DNA of 64,000 bases from Paraspadella gotoi (GCA_051294375.1 JBJCIZ010000207.1:68731-132730), one strand, 5' to 3'. Shown: positions 27,196-40,829, counted from the stretch's first letter. A program made the numbers and translations. The notes: generated from the letters alone by a model not told the origin.

Positions 27196-29034
27196 AATGA
27201 ATCCCGCACTCTCAACCTCCACCTCCGCCCCCGCCGGGCAGATACCTCCACCCCTCCTGGCACCCAAGGGCAGGAAACAGGTAGCAGTGCCGATGAAGAC
27301 AACTTGGTACGCACTTTTAAAATGCCATCCGAGTTGAACAAGCATTGCAGACAAGCGACGAAAGATGGACTAATCACTAAACAAATCATGCAAATTGTGA
27401 ATGAATCAAATATTCAAAATCTACAAAAATTTCAACATATCGCGGACGAAATAAAGACCATGGACACCAAAATAGGTGCCATGGATGCAAAAGTTGGAGC
27501 CATGGATAAACACATGGTGACAGCCGACCAAAAACTGGATACAATCATCGCAGCTCTCCAAGGTGGAATCAACCTGCCCCAAACAGCGAGGCCACCATCG
27601 TCAATTTACCCTGTACTGCCCAACATAAGACAGCAAACAGCAGCCCAGCCTCAACGCAACCTTCCCGAAACCCAACCCATCGACAAAGTATGCCAGCCCC
27701 ACGACGAAGCAAGGTCCTAGACGGCCGTCAGAGAGCCGCCTGGCTACACGCCATCCGAGCATCCCATCAAGCTCGAGAAAAGGGAAAAAGAAACGCTAAT
27801 ACGCCAATACCTGCGAAACTTCTATCAGGCATACAAAGACAACTACACCACCGAACAAGATAGATGAGCAACTGCGGGCCATCCTAGAACAAGATAAAGA
27901 AGCTGCAAGGTTCACAATTGAAATTAACAACAGCCGATGGTTAGGAATGCACACCATCTTTGAGTCATCATCACTCTCGATCGCCGAGGCTGACAAATTA
28001 GCCACTTAGTCGGTTGATCCAGCCATTCAAGATATGCAGTCGCCTTAGTGAATGAAGCTCTCGAAAAGTACGAGAATGTTCGTGAAAAAGACAAACCATC
28101 CATTCCTGACTATGCGGCACAACTCCTCGTCAAGGCCCTGGAACCATATATGCAAGGCATCACGACAAAAACACTCGAATGGATGTACTTACTCGAACGA
28201 CAACAGTACCTGGATCTCGGCAGAGAAATTGAATACCGCCTCAAAGGTTACCTAACCAGTGGATCAAATAGTGAAAGAATAAAAAAGGTCGTCAGCACCG
28301 TCTCCAATGATGACAAGGAGAAACTTGTAAATGCCCCGTCACCAAAGGCCTTACAGATCAGGACCCTAACAGCAGCGCGACGGCATTTTACCAAGGCACA
28401 ATGCTGCAGGAACTAAACAACGTGAGTGAAAACATCAAGGAGATGAAGAAACAGCTCGGAAGGCCAAATCGCTCACAAGATGACCAACGAGGTGAATGAT
28501 ACCGCGACGACCGCCGCGACGATCGCCGTGACAACCGCCGTTATGACGACCAACAAAAGGGAGATGGAAAGCATTTTGACAAAAACTTTAACCAAAAAGC
28601 AGGCTGTTTAAATGAAGACTTAGAAAATGATTCTACCAATGATGAAAATTTTGCCCTCAATAAAAACAATTTTCATTATTCCCGTGTAATTGATATTAGA
28701 AAAACAGACAGAAAATGGCCGAAATCAGCTAAGGCAAACTTATCAAAAGCTTGGAGAAAAAGTAAATGCACAAAAAGCAATGATCAGTGATAAAGGAAAA
28801 GCAGAAAAGATTAAAAATTTGGAAGATATTGCAAATGGATTCAAAGGGAAGTCTACCTCCGCGAGGATGCATAAACTTTTAAAACCTTTGACAAAAGATG
28901 AATTAATTCTCGCGAACAAGTTCATCCACCAGATGGGATGGAAAGGCTGGGACAAGGCCAACAACACCGAGCAAAGGGCCAAGATTAACAGGAACAAGGC
29001 TTGCGCCAAGATGGTAAGACGATCCCATTGCTGA
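27196..29034 (+). pseudogene. gag: Frameshifted gag-like region of Gypsy B
   Basis: Chain of plus-strand ORFs (27304, 28048, 28690) with coiled-coil and Pro-rich segments between the PBS and the protease. Confidence 0.55.
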
Positions 29035-29399
29035 GAAGTGAACAAACCAGAACCACCTCCTCCTCTTCCTGTCTTCATTCCTCCTCCTCCCCAACCCTTA
29101 ACCTCTTCACCACCTCTGACTCATCAAATAAATCACGTAAATCCAACCAGGAGAAGGGAACATTTAGGCCTTAGGAAATTGAGGCCTACTGGAGGAATCA
29201 ACAATCCAACTTATAGGATAGTGGCTAGTGAGCACAATGGAGAGTCTCTACACCAAGCTACAATTCGTAGGGTGGAGTTGGAGATCCATGAACCAGAGAT
29301 TTACTTACAACCTTCTCCGACCATGGAAACCACAAAAAAAGAAACAGAAATACCATCACTCCCTATGGAAATAAAGTTGAGAAACATCTCCCCAAAGCC

Positions 29400-32300
29400 C
29401 CGCTCCACGTGACAACACTGGAAATGCTCTTCATGCTGGTAAAAACAGCTATATACCAGCAGTCATAGCTGGAGCACCGGCAAGCTGCCTTTATGATACA
29501 GGAGCCTCAATAAATACAATACCCAGAAAATTTATTGAAAAATGGAGCCTTGCCAAGGAAATATACCATGGCAGGCCTCTGAGACTCTTAACCGCCACTG
29601 GAACAATCATTTTGACAGAAATGATCAATATCAGGATTATGTTCCAAGCATGGGTGTTAAAAACAGCCTTTTACATATCGGCCAATGAAAATGAACAAGA
29701 CATTATCAGCACGGCTGTCACTAACCCAGGCCCACACGAACAGATTGGGGAGAACAACCATCTGCCACAAGGAAAGACCTTCAGATAGCAGCGATGGACA
29801 GAAAACCCATCACGCATCTCTTTCAAGAAAAACATGAGGCCTTGAAAGCCGTGAGATGGTTGGCAAGGAGAAACATCGACGATCCTCTTACATACAAAAA
29901 GATCACGACAACAAAAACTGGTTAACCACGGATAAAGCCTACTGGAAAACGCTAACCGGATCAAGGTGGATTATTCAGTCAACAGATGGACAGAGGATTC
30001 CACGTCGCAGATGGCGACAGCATCAGAGATGGCATCGAAATCGAGGACCAACCAGGACGGTGGGGACATACATTTCCCCTAGTCACGGCTGAAGCAAAGT
30101 CCGACTTGGCCTCGAAACTGAGAAGACCGCAGAACCAGTTCAGGCAGACTTGTCAGGAAAAAAGCCGCTGCTACGTAAAGTAAGGAAAGACAACATACCA
30201 GCAACAACGATTGTTCACCATGAACCAACCGAAGAACTCGACGCTGTGAAAAAGGCAAGACAAGCTCAAAAAGACAAGCACGATGCAAGAGGCAAAGAAG
30301 CGTTTCTCAAACCCTTCAAAGATGTGGATCCCACACTAGCCAATAAGGCCCCTTAGTATGGGAAATAGTGTGGGAATTCAGGAATGTCTTCAGCGAATCC
30401 ATAAACGATTGTAAAGAAGGTTTTCTTAATTATAAGGTTGACCTGGGATTCACCAATGAGGACCTCCCAAAACCGCGTTTTGTCAACCAAGGACCCGTAA
30501 AAAAAGCGGCTTTAAAAAGATACTTGGAAGTTTATGAAAACGCAGGAATAGTTTCAAGGAACAAAAAATGAAGCATATTCAAATGCATTTCTTATAAAAA
30601 AAACCAGGACACGTCGCCGAAGGACAAGACGAGATGTTTGACGAGACTTTTGCAAAACAGTGGAGATTGATTTGTGATTTGTCGGCAGTTAACACTAACT
30701 CTCCACTTACGCAACCGAGCCTCAAACATTACATCGATCCTCGAGCAATACAAACCCCATGAGCTTCACTGTTCCCTTGACATTTTAGCCTGCTTCCACC
30801 AGGTAAACCTTCACCGAAGGGTGCAAAAAGAGTCACCACCTTCGCTGGCGCTGGCCACAACTGGTGATGAACAAGCTACCCATGGGCTGAGTTAACAGTG
30901 TTAACGTTTTACAAGCCATTCTCGACAAAATTTTCAAGGTTCTCGGTGAAAAATGTTAAAAGCTTTCTAGTATATCATATACTATATACTACATATAAAG
31001 ACTCAGAGAATTGCTACAGAAATGTAGAGACGAGAATGTCGTGTTGAAGTGGACCAAAAGCGTACTGCTACGAAAGAGGACATCAAAATCCTCGGATTTA
31101 GCATCTCCAACAGCAAACTCCTTCCCCAAAGCAAAAAGCTGGAAGCCGCTGAGATAAAACTCAAGAACCTGAAAACTCAAAAGGACTGAAGAGCATGCTC
31201 GCGTCTCTAAATTACTATAGATGCTTCACACACAGATTCTCTTATATAGCGCAGCCACTTCATGCCTTACGCTCCTGGACCGAAAAGACTTTCAAACTCA
31301 CTGAGAAACATCGGGAAATGCTCGCCCTCTTGAAGAAATCAAAACCTCTCCCGGACTCAATTTCTCAATGACCAAAGAATAAGACAAGGCCTCTTACAAA
31401 ATCTATGCTGACGTGAGCACAACGGCAATGGGCAGCTCATCACAGCCACAGCAGATGGGGGTAGAGTACCCACTATCATTTCACTCCAAATCTTTTCCAG
31501 AAGAGTACCGCATAAAGCACATTAACATACTCGAGACCCTGGCTTTCAACATGATGGTCAAAAAGTACAAAGGCTACACATGCGGCAGAAGAGTCACATT
31601 ATAACGGACTCTCAGTATTCAAAAGAATCATAGATCTTCAACATGACAAACAGCAGCTCCTTCCAACAAATGTTCTTCGTTGGATTACAGAAATAAAGTT
31701 AGAATGCCAACCCAAAAAGGTCATCTTAGTCAAAAGCAAGGACAACCCCACTGATTTCCTCACCCGCTTTACCGAACAAGGCAAATCACCCCTCTTGACA
31801 CCCTTTTTTTTCTGGCTGGTTTTGACGTGGATGGAAGCTACGAGCCTGGTTACCCGAAAACCCGGCAGGGGACGATGAAGAACCAAGTCACCTCGACCTC
31901 ATCACCGGACATGCACCGACCCTCACCCTCATGGCCCAGCTTTACAACAAGAAACCAAGCCTTTCCGAACAAGATTTTTTGATTTTGTCCGTCAAAATTT
32001 CGCCAACAGGAAAGGAAACATGGAAAAACTAAATAAGAAAACCAAAATGAAGGATGCAGACATCTTCATCAGGACAATCTCTGCAAAAGATTGGACCCTT
32101 GGACACCCCGAGCTGGAGATGTTAGCCAAGATGACTGGCATCAACATCATTATGATGGCAAGGATAACATCAGTCAAACCGGCTGCAAGTACGAAAGGTC
32201 TTATCAGGCTTCCCAGGTGGACAGAACAATCAAAATATTCAGAACAATCACCAGTCAGGTCAGCCTTGTCGGAGATTCGGATCTAGCACAGCAACTGCGA

Positions 32301-35300
32301 CCAATGAGATCGGAAGATTTAAAGATTGTCTGTCCAAAACCTACAACCACCATCCACCAAACAACAGGGGAAGGCCGAAGAAACAATCAACTGGGACAAG
32401 AAACTCCAGCGAAGTCCCACTTGACTTAATAAACAACAACTTTAACCCTGATGAAGGACAACAACAAACCCGAGCTAGACCCGTCAGTGAGATCCCCGCA
32501 GACTTAATAAACATTAATCTCGAGGCTGAAATGGCAACAAGGCAACAACAACCTGACCCTGCTGCTTATGACAGCAGCATAATTGACAAGTTCCCCATCA
32601 ACTGGCCAGGTGCAGAAGAGGAAGTCGTCATCGACAGCACCCTCAAGACAAACATCGACGTCACGAAAATAGAAAGTCAAAAAGGAAATAAAAAGCCTCA
32701 AAAACTAAAACTTCGGCATTAATCCCTCTTGCCAGGGAAGTCAGAGATTGGCAACAACAAAATCAAATTTTCAAGGATGTTGTTCAGATGCTCAAAACAA
32801 CAATAAAGATGAAGCAAAATCTTTGCTAAACAAAAAGATGATCAAAGGCAAAAACTCAGCAGAGAGATCTTTGCAAATTGCTTAGATGACCTTGACGTCA
32901 CAACGGATAATATCCTCACCATAAGGGGCTTCAAAGGAGACACGCCAACTTACAAGTTTGTTGTTCCACCAGAAAAGGCAGAGGATATCACACATAATAT
33001 ACATGTACACTTTGGACACCCTGGGCGAGACCGCACAGCTTCATCATGGCCCAATATATCTCACCAGGATTGACATCGGAAGCCGCCAAGGTTGTACGTA
33101 ACTGTGATAATTGCGCCAAAGCAACAGATCAACAAAAAAACAATGAAACTTTGTCGGCGCCTAATCTAGCCATCGCCCCATGGGAATCACTGAGCATTGA
33201 TGTAATGCATCTGCCAACAGTCTCAGGCTACAAATACGCCCTCGTTGACTCGGACAATGCATCTGCATATGCATGGGCAATTCCACTAAAACGCGCCGAT
33301 GCAGACAGCATCGTCAAAGCACTCGATAAAAAACAATTTTCTTCTCCACGGATCTTATCTTGAAATAAACTTTGATGGAGCAACGCAACTTAATGGAGCC
33401 ACAATGAGGTCCATCCTGAATCTCCTTGACACAATTGGCCGTAAAGTGTTAGTCGGACGCAAAAAACAGCAACAGGGCGAAAGCGACATCGGCAGAATAA
33501 AACAAGCTAAGCGCAAAGCAGTCAAGGACCAACCTGACAAATGGCTTCAAACCCTACCGCAGCTAATGTTACTCTTAAATGCCACCCCCTATCATCGGCT
33601 GGAAGACTACATGTCTCCTCACGAATCCAGTATGGACACAGACAAGGNNNNNNNNNNNNNNNNNNNNNNNNNCCAAAAGCGTACTGCTACGAAAAGAGGA
33701 CATCAAAATCCTCGGATTTAGCATCTCCAACAGCAAACTCCTTCCCCAAAGCAAAAAGCTGGAAGCCGCTGAGATAAAACTCAAGAACCTGAAAACTCAA
33801 AAGGACTGAAGAGCCATGCTCGCGTCTCTAAATTACTATAGATGCTTCACACACAGATTCTCTTATATAGCGCAGCCACTTCATGCCCTTACGCTCCTGG
33901 ACCGAAAAGACTTCAAACTCACTGAGAAACATCGGGAAATGCTCGCCCTCTTGATAGAAGAAATCAAAACCTCTCCCGTGGACATCAATCTTCCTCAATG
34001 ACCAAGAATAAGACAAGGCTCTTACAAAATCTATGCTGACGTGAGCACAAGGCAGCAAGGCTCATCACAGCCACACAGATGAGGTAGAGTACCCACTATC
34101 ATTTCACTCCAAATCTTTTTCCAGAGAGTACCGCATAAAGCACATTAACATACTCGAGACCCTGGCTTTCAACATGATGGTCAAAAGTAAAAGCTAACAC
34201 ATGCGCAAAGAGTCACATTAGTAATCGGACTCTCAGTATTCAAAAGAATCATTGATACTTCAACATGGCACAACACGCAGCTCCTTCCAACAAATGTTCT
34301 TCTGTTGGATTACAGAAATAAAGAGAATCCAACCCAAAAGGTCATCTTAGTCAAAAGAGGACAACCCCACTGATTTCCTCACCGCTTTACGACAAGGGAA
34401 ATCACCCCTCTTGACACCCTTTTTTCTGGCTTGGTTTTGACGTGGATGGAAGCCACGAGCCTGTTACGCCGGAAAACCCGGCAGGGGACATGAAGAACCA
34501 AGTCCCCTCGACCTCATCACCGACATTGCACCACCCTCACCCTCATGGCCCAGCTCTTACAACACACGAAAACCAAGCTCTTTCCGAACAAGATTTTTTG
34601 ATTTGTCCGTCAAACAATCGCCAACAGGAAAAGGAAACATGAAAAACTATATAGAAAAACCAAAAGAAGGATGCAGACACTTCCTATCAGGACAATCTCT
34701 GCAAAAGATTGCCCGACTTGGACACCCCGAGCTGGAGATGTTAGCCAAGATGAACGGCCTCAACACATTATGATTGGACAGGATAACATCAGTCAAACCG
34801 GTGCAAGTACGAAAGGTCTTATCAGGCTTCCCAGTGGGACAGAACAATCAAAATATTCAGAAAATCACCAGTCGCAGGTCAGCCTGTCGGAATTCGGATC
34901 TAGCACGCAACACTGCGACCAATAGAGGTCGAAAGATTCTAAAGATTGTCTGTCCAAAACCCTACAAACACCACCAGAACAACAGGGAGGCCGAAGAAAA
35001 CAATCAACTGGGACAAGAACTCCAGCGAAGCCCACTTGACTATAAACAACAACTTTAACCTGATGAAGGACAACAACAAACCCGAGCTAGACCCGTCAGG
35101 AGATCCCGCCAAGACTTAATAAACATTAATCTCGCAGCTGAAATGGCAACAAGGCAACAACAACCTGACCCTGCCTGCTTATGACAGCAGGCTAATTGAC
35201 AAGTTCCCTCAACTGGCCAGGTGCAGAAGAGGAAATCGTCATCGACAGCACCCTCAAGACAAACACATCGTGACGAAATAGAAGCAAAGTAAAGGAAATA

Positions 35301-36520
35301 AAAAGCCTCCAAAAACTAAACCTTGCATTAATCCCTCTTGCCAGGGAATCAGAGATTGGCAACAACAAAATCAATTTTCAAGGATGTTGTTCAGATGCTC
35401 AAAAACAACAATAAAGATGAAGCAAAATCTTTGCTAAACAAAAAGATGATCAAAGGCAAAAACTCAGCAGAGAGATCTTGCAAATTGCTTAGATGACCTT
35501 GACGTCACAACGGATAATATCCTCACCATAAGGGGCTTCAAAGGAGACACGCCAACTTACAAGTTTGTTGTTCCACCAGAAAAGGCAGAGGATATCACAC
35601 ATAATATACATGTACACTTTGGACACCCTGGGCGAGACCGCACAGCCTTCATCATGGCCCAATATATCTCACCAGGATTGACATCGGAAGCCGCCAAGGT
35701 TGTACGTAACTGTGATAATTGCGCCAAAGCAACAGATCAACAAAAAAACAATGAAACTTTGTCGGCGCCTAATCTAGCCATCGCCCCATGGGAATCACTG
35801 AGCATTGATGTAATGCATCTGCCAACAGTCTCAGGCTACAAATACGCCCTCGTTGACTCGGACAATGCATCTGCATATGCATGGGCAATTCCACTAAAAC
35901 GCGCCGATGCAGACAGCATCGTCAAAGCACTCGATAAAAAACAATTTTCTTCTCCACGGATCTTATCTTGAAATAAACTTTGATGGAGCAACGCAACTTA
36001 ATGGAGCCACAATGAGGTCCATCCTGAATCTCCTTGACACAATTGGCCGTAAAGTGTTAGTCGGACGCAAAAACAGCAACAGGGCCGAAAGCGACATCGG
36101 CAGAATAAAACAAGCTAAGCGCAAAGCAGTCAAGGACCAACCTGACAAATGGCTTCAAACCCTACCGCAGCTAATGTTACTCTTAAATGCCACCCCTATC
36201 ATCGGCTGGAAGACTGACATGTCTCCTCACGAAATCCAGTATGGACACAGACCAAGGATCCTTGAAAGTGCCGACGATTACACAAAAAGGTCACTCGTCG
36301 AATATGTCAAAAAACAGACAACTCAGCCCATGTCGCTGATCCGATTGTTGAGTTTAAAAGGGAACGAGGAAACAAACTCATCAGATCAAAGAAAAATATC
36401 TCAAGAAGTCTTGTTTGTTCCCAAGATTCTCGATTCAACTCAAAAAGATCGTCAGAAGAAATTCGCAAAAAGAATCGCAAGAAGGAAAAGCAAGACTGAC
36501 AACAACAAGAACGGCGAACC
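29400..36520 (+). pseudogene. pol: Frameshifted pol of Gypsy B (PR, RT, RH, extra domain, INT; RH-INT part present twice)
   Basis: CLYDTGAS near 29490; SLDILACFHQV; LNYYRCF; YPLSFHSK..HINILETLA; HVHFGHPG..CDNC; PWESLSIDV; NFDGA; NRAESDIG. Confidence 0.88.
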
Positions 36521-39500
36521 TTGTACTACCTTACCTGGTGGGCAAGGGCAGAAGAGCAAAGCAAATCAAATCAAGCCTTTCAGCGAGCCCGTCTCCACCT
36601 TACCTGGTGGGCAGGGACGGAAGAATCATGCCGTTGGAGCAAGATGGCAAGATGCATCATCAACCAAAGACAACTTCACGCGGTCAACTGACCCTGCCTG
36701 CGCTCACAGAGGAAAGGGGGGGTCACATCGCAGGAGTATCAAGCCACCAAAAGCAAATTGGATCCGAGGCTCGGGCGATCTCCGCGGAAATGGAATCGCC
36801 GAATCCTGATTGGTCAAGCATGGAACCGGAATCGACCAATCAGCTTGCAGAATCATTGAAACTGTAAATTTTACCCACGTTGCCGATCTTCTTCCTTAGA
36901 TATAAATAGACTTGGCTTGTTCTAGTTTCAGTAGAATTGATCATTGATCAAGGCTCCTGCGCGCGTCTCACCATCACCTTTATTCTTCAGAATAAAACTT
37001 ACCTGATTTCATCCATAGAAATTCATGAGTTTTAACTTAAATGATATCCATTTAATTATGATTATTAAGTAATTATGGTTAAAATTAGTAAAAAGATTTT
37101 AGTTAATGTGACATATTTTTTATCTATAATCTATATTTATATATATATATCTATATTTTTTATCTATAATTCACCATATCGGTCCATCAGTCCGCCCCCT
37201 CAATCTTGTCGGGCATTCACTTACATCATGTCAGAACATCGAATTATGATAAATTATGCCAAAAAAATGTCCGTCCATCGGGTTACTCCAATATGCAAAT
37301 GAGATTAACGTTTCACAGTAATATTTTAATTTAATAAAAACTTATTAATCTTATATAAAAATTTAAATAAATTTAATAAAATCGAATTTTAAAGCTAGTA
37401 TATATAGTTTGATCAGCAGATAGGATAAAAAAAATAATATTAAGCACTAAAAAGCACATGAAAATACTCAGGCAATGAAGGTTTCTTATAACTTAATCTT
37501 GAAAGATAATAAGACGGTGAAACAATGATAAAAAGCTATTGAGACAGAGAGAGGTACAGTTCAATCAGTTTTTTAGTTTTTCTCATAACCATTTTAGTAC
37601 CGTTTACTTGAATCATATCAAAATACTTTCCCGCGCTCTCTTTAATTAACTTCAGCGTAAGAATAATAGTAAAAAGAATTCATGATTGTTTTTGTGATTC
37701 TCTCCATCTTTATTATAGTTATTATCTTTGTTTGTTTGCTTTAAAAAATACAACAAAGCCTTTGGCTTACCTGCAAAAAAGATAAAAATGTTTATTCCTT
37801 CTAGAATAAAAAAATACTTTTAGGTAAGGTGATGGCAAACAAAAAGGTGAGGAAACTTTTTCATTTTTTTGGTGCTAAATTTTGTTTTTATACATCACTA
37901 GGAAAAGAGTGAGCATTATCATTTTATTTGAGATAATAAGATATGACAGTAAAAAAATTAACATTATTTAAGAATTTTAATTTTGGGGCCACTTGGAGGT
38001 TATTAAAAAAGCGAGGGTAAATCTTTCATTTGTCATGGGTGAGGTTCAGTTTTATCAAATTCCAACTTTTATTGCTTTACACTATTATAAAGCCTATATC
38101 TAAAAATTATACTTTTGGGTCAATCTGTGTCTTTTTCTCTCTCTCTCCCTCTTAGTCTCTCTCTATATTTTGTATTTGTTTCCAGAAAAAACTTTTATTC
38201 TTGTTAAATCTTTTATCACTGATAATAACTTAAAAAATAATTCAAAATATTTGGCAAAAAATATACTTTTTGTACTTGCAAATACAATTATGTCAAAATT
38301 ATATTGAGGGAATAAATAAACGAGTTTGTGAAAAAGTCTTGATTGAATGCTTGCAAGGAACTGCTCTGTCATTATCTTGTACACTACGGCGCAGAAAAAA
38401 CCACTTTTTCACATCGAAAAAAAGGAAGAGGAAGCCGAACGAGACAAGCGAGACAAGCTACACGATCAAATCGTTTTCCTGTGATGCTATTAATAAGAAT
38501 TTTATTTCATATCAATAATAATAATAATGAAGTGGTAAAATGTTTCAAAGAATATTTCAATTGTATTGTAATAATGTAATTTTTTTGCACCAATTGATTG
38601 CTTATTAAAAAACATATATTTTTTAAATATTTTCTTAAAATTAAAAAAGAAATAATTGTTTTACCAATTTGATAATGAAAATGAAAAAAATACAATTTGT
38701 AAAATTTCGATAGCCATGTTAATATTATTAGATTAACTTTTTTAAATATTTTTTATTATACAGAACTATCAAAACAAATTAAAACATATTTATTAACTGT
38801 TTTTTAAAAAATAATTATTATTAAAATATTTATGCTCTCTTTTGTTTTATATTCAACCTTACGATGACGCATTAATCTCATTTGCATATTCGAGTGACTC
38901 GATTTTTATTATTAACCTTTTGAGCTTACTTGACCTACCGGCTGTGTATCTAATTTCCATTAAATATGGTTCTGATCATATTTTGAAAGTTTTTTGAAAA
39001 TCTGAATCTAGATTCAGGCACTATCTATACAAACACGAGTTATTGGAGTTTTTTGCTTAGGGGGTCGGACAGACAGACAGACGGACATCGTTTTTTTTTG
39101 CTTAATTTATCATAATATGATGTTCCGATGTGATGAAAATGATTTAATGACAAGATTTAGGGGTGGGACCGACGGACTAACAAAGTGAATTATAGAGTCG
39201 AAATCTGCTGATAAGCAGATCCGACTAAAAAAATGTTTAAAAGAATCAGTAGAATCATCATCTTCTTCGGAAGAGGAAAAATATCACAAGGAAACCACTT
39301 TTATTGAATTACATGAGGAAAAGGAAAACCCATCTTTTTAAAAAACTTTTAAAAAAGTGGAAGATGCAAAAAAAAAAATAGAAATGTCACCGATTGAAAT
39401 GTACGAAACTGATGAAAATAAAACTGAAGAAACTGACGAAAGTGAAAGTAAAAAATCTGGTGACCCTATCTAAAATAGTAATTCCGAATATACCATTCAT

Positions 39501-39555
39501 CATTAAAAATCCCAACGCGGTGCCAGACTTATTTGAACGAACAATAAAGGGGAAC

Positions 39556-39596
39556 TCTGCTCGGAGGCCTGAGTTTGAATCTCACCGCTGCCACCA
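39556..39596 (+). tRNA. 3' half of a tRNA-Leu-like sequence including CCA (retro-copied primer fragment, not a tRNA gene)
   Basis: TCGGAGGCCTGAGTTTGAATCTCACCGCTGCCA-CCA resembles the eukaryotic tRNA-Leu variable arm, T arm and acceptor end; no 5' half; abuts an LTR. Confidence 0.75.
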
Positions 39597-39821
39597 AGTG
39601 GAGGACGGAATTTTTAGAGATAAATAGTTCGAGACCAAGGTAAAATGAATGTGATTTTAGCGTAACATCGAAGGGGAAATTGCGCGAGGGAATAAAATAA
39701 TAACTTTTATATGAACTACTTTATTATGAAAGTAGGAATGTGAACAGGGAATGGAATTTTAGGCCAAGAAATATTATTTACATTTTTCTAATTCCCAGAA
39801 TACTCTCTCTCAATCTTCACT
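39597..39821 (-). mobile_element. Solo LTR type X
   Basis: Homologous to 1527-1770 with the same AGTGGAGG...CTTCACT ends. Confidence 0.85.
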
Positions 39822-39964
39822 ATTTGTTGATTTTTGTAAATTTATTTTGTTGGACTGATTTATACTAATAAAACTAGACACTGTGTCTAACTATCATTAA
39901 ACAAAGGTAAAGAAGTTTAACGGGATTAAGGATTTTTCACGTAACGGGAAACCCTTCTGGCCCG

Positions 39965-40342
39965 ACTAGTGTGTGCCAACCTTGTGTGGAGAATCATCTC
40001 CACCACGCCTCGGCCTGCGTGGCCCTAACCCTAAATCTAACCCCGGCTCACGACATCGCCAGCGAGCCTCCCGCTCAACTAACCCTAAACCGGGCCCCGA
40101 TCCAAACCCTAACCAGTTCCCCGGCTCGCGACATCACCCGCGAGCCACTTCCCAAGCTCTAACCCTGGCCTCCTGTCTTATGCCCAGCATCACTCGCGGC
40201 CCCCTCCCACAACCCTAACCGGAGTCTCCCGTTCATTCCTGTGTCTCCACTTCATCTACGAGCCTCTTCTAACTCGCGCCTTTCGTCATATTCGCTACTT
40301 TTATCACTGGCGGGGTCGCCAGTGAGGGTACTGGCCACTGTT
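39965..40342 (+). repeat. GC-rich interspersed repeat with CCCTAA-like subrepeats and a terminal hairpin (Helitron/Helentron-type non-autonomous element)
   Basis: Scattered AACCCTAA motifs at 40023-40220; hairpin TCACTGGCG-GGGT-CGCCAGTGA at 40304-40325. Confidence 0.45.
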
Positions 40343-40606
40343 CTAATTTATTTTGTGTGTTACAAATTCTTATTTATTTTCTGCAGTTTGGTCTTGGTTT
40401 ATACATCATATTTAGACCTTAGAAATAAACGTTTGAACATACTTATTAAATAATATTTAAAAAAAAATTAAATTAAGAGCAATTTTTTTTTTTATCAAAA
40501 GTTGTAAAAAGTATGCAAATTAAAGGAATTTGAGGAGTTCTTTATTTTTTTCTTCATGGGAGGCTCGAACATGTGCAAGAATCAAACAAAAATAGAAACT
40601 TCGAAC

Positions 40607-40829
40607 TTGTTCGGAGGTGATACGTTTGGTTGGGTCCATAGTGAGCAACTTCTGCAGCAATTGAAAGGCGCGACTTTCTGGCTTGACTTTGTGCTTTTCC
40701 ATGTACTTTTGCAGGCAGCAGGTAAGGTAATTTGACCTATTAAAGTCTTTGATGAGAGTTGGGTGCTCAGGCATCGTTTTCATGTTCTCCCAGTCTTTTT
40801 CATGAGGGAATCCCATAACGTCAAAAATC
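40607..40829 (-). CDS. CDK8: Cyclin-dependent kinase 8 (Mediator kinase) exon, subdomains X-XI
   Basis: [25 protein letters not shown]...[18 protein letters not shown]; acceptor TTTTCTCTAG, donor GTTCGA; phase matches the upstream exon (R codon AG|G). Confidence 0.93.

Larger units (their letters stand above)
26883..37043 (+). mobile_element. Gypsy LTR retrotransposon family B, full length, with an internal 2.6-kb duplication across a gap
   Basis: Direct repeats about 26908-27122 and 36814-37043; PBS-like TGGTGACAGG at 27123; PPT AGAGGAAAGGGGGGG near 36707-36722; gag and pol fragments between; exact LTR outer ends uncertain. Confidence 0.88.

Noticed and set aside
31054-36257. Tandem duplication of RH-INT (31054-33647 versus 33673-36257) as a biological double-integrase element
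   Set aside because: The copies are separated exactly by a 25-N gap and differ mostly by scattered indels; most likely overlapping contig ends.
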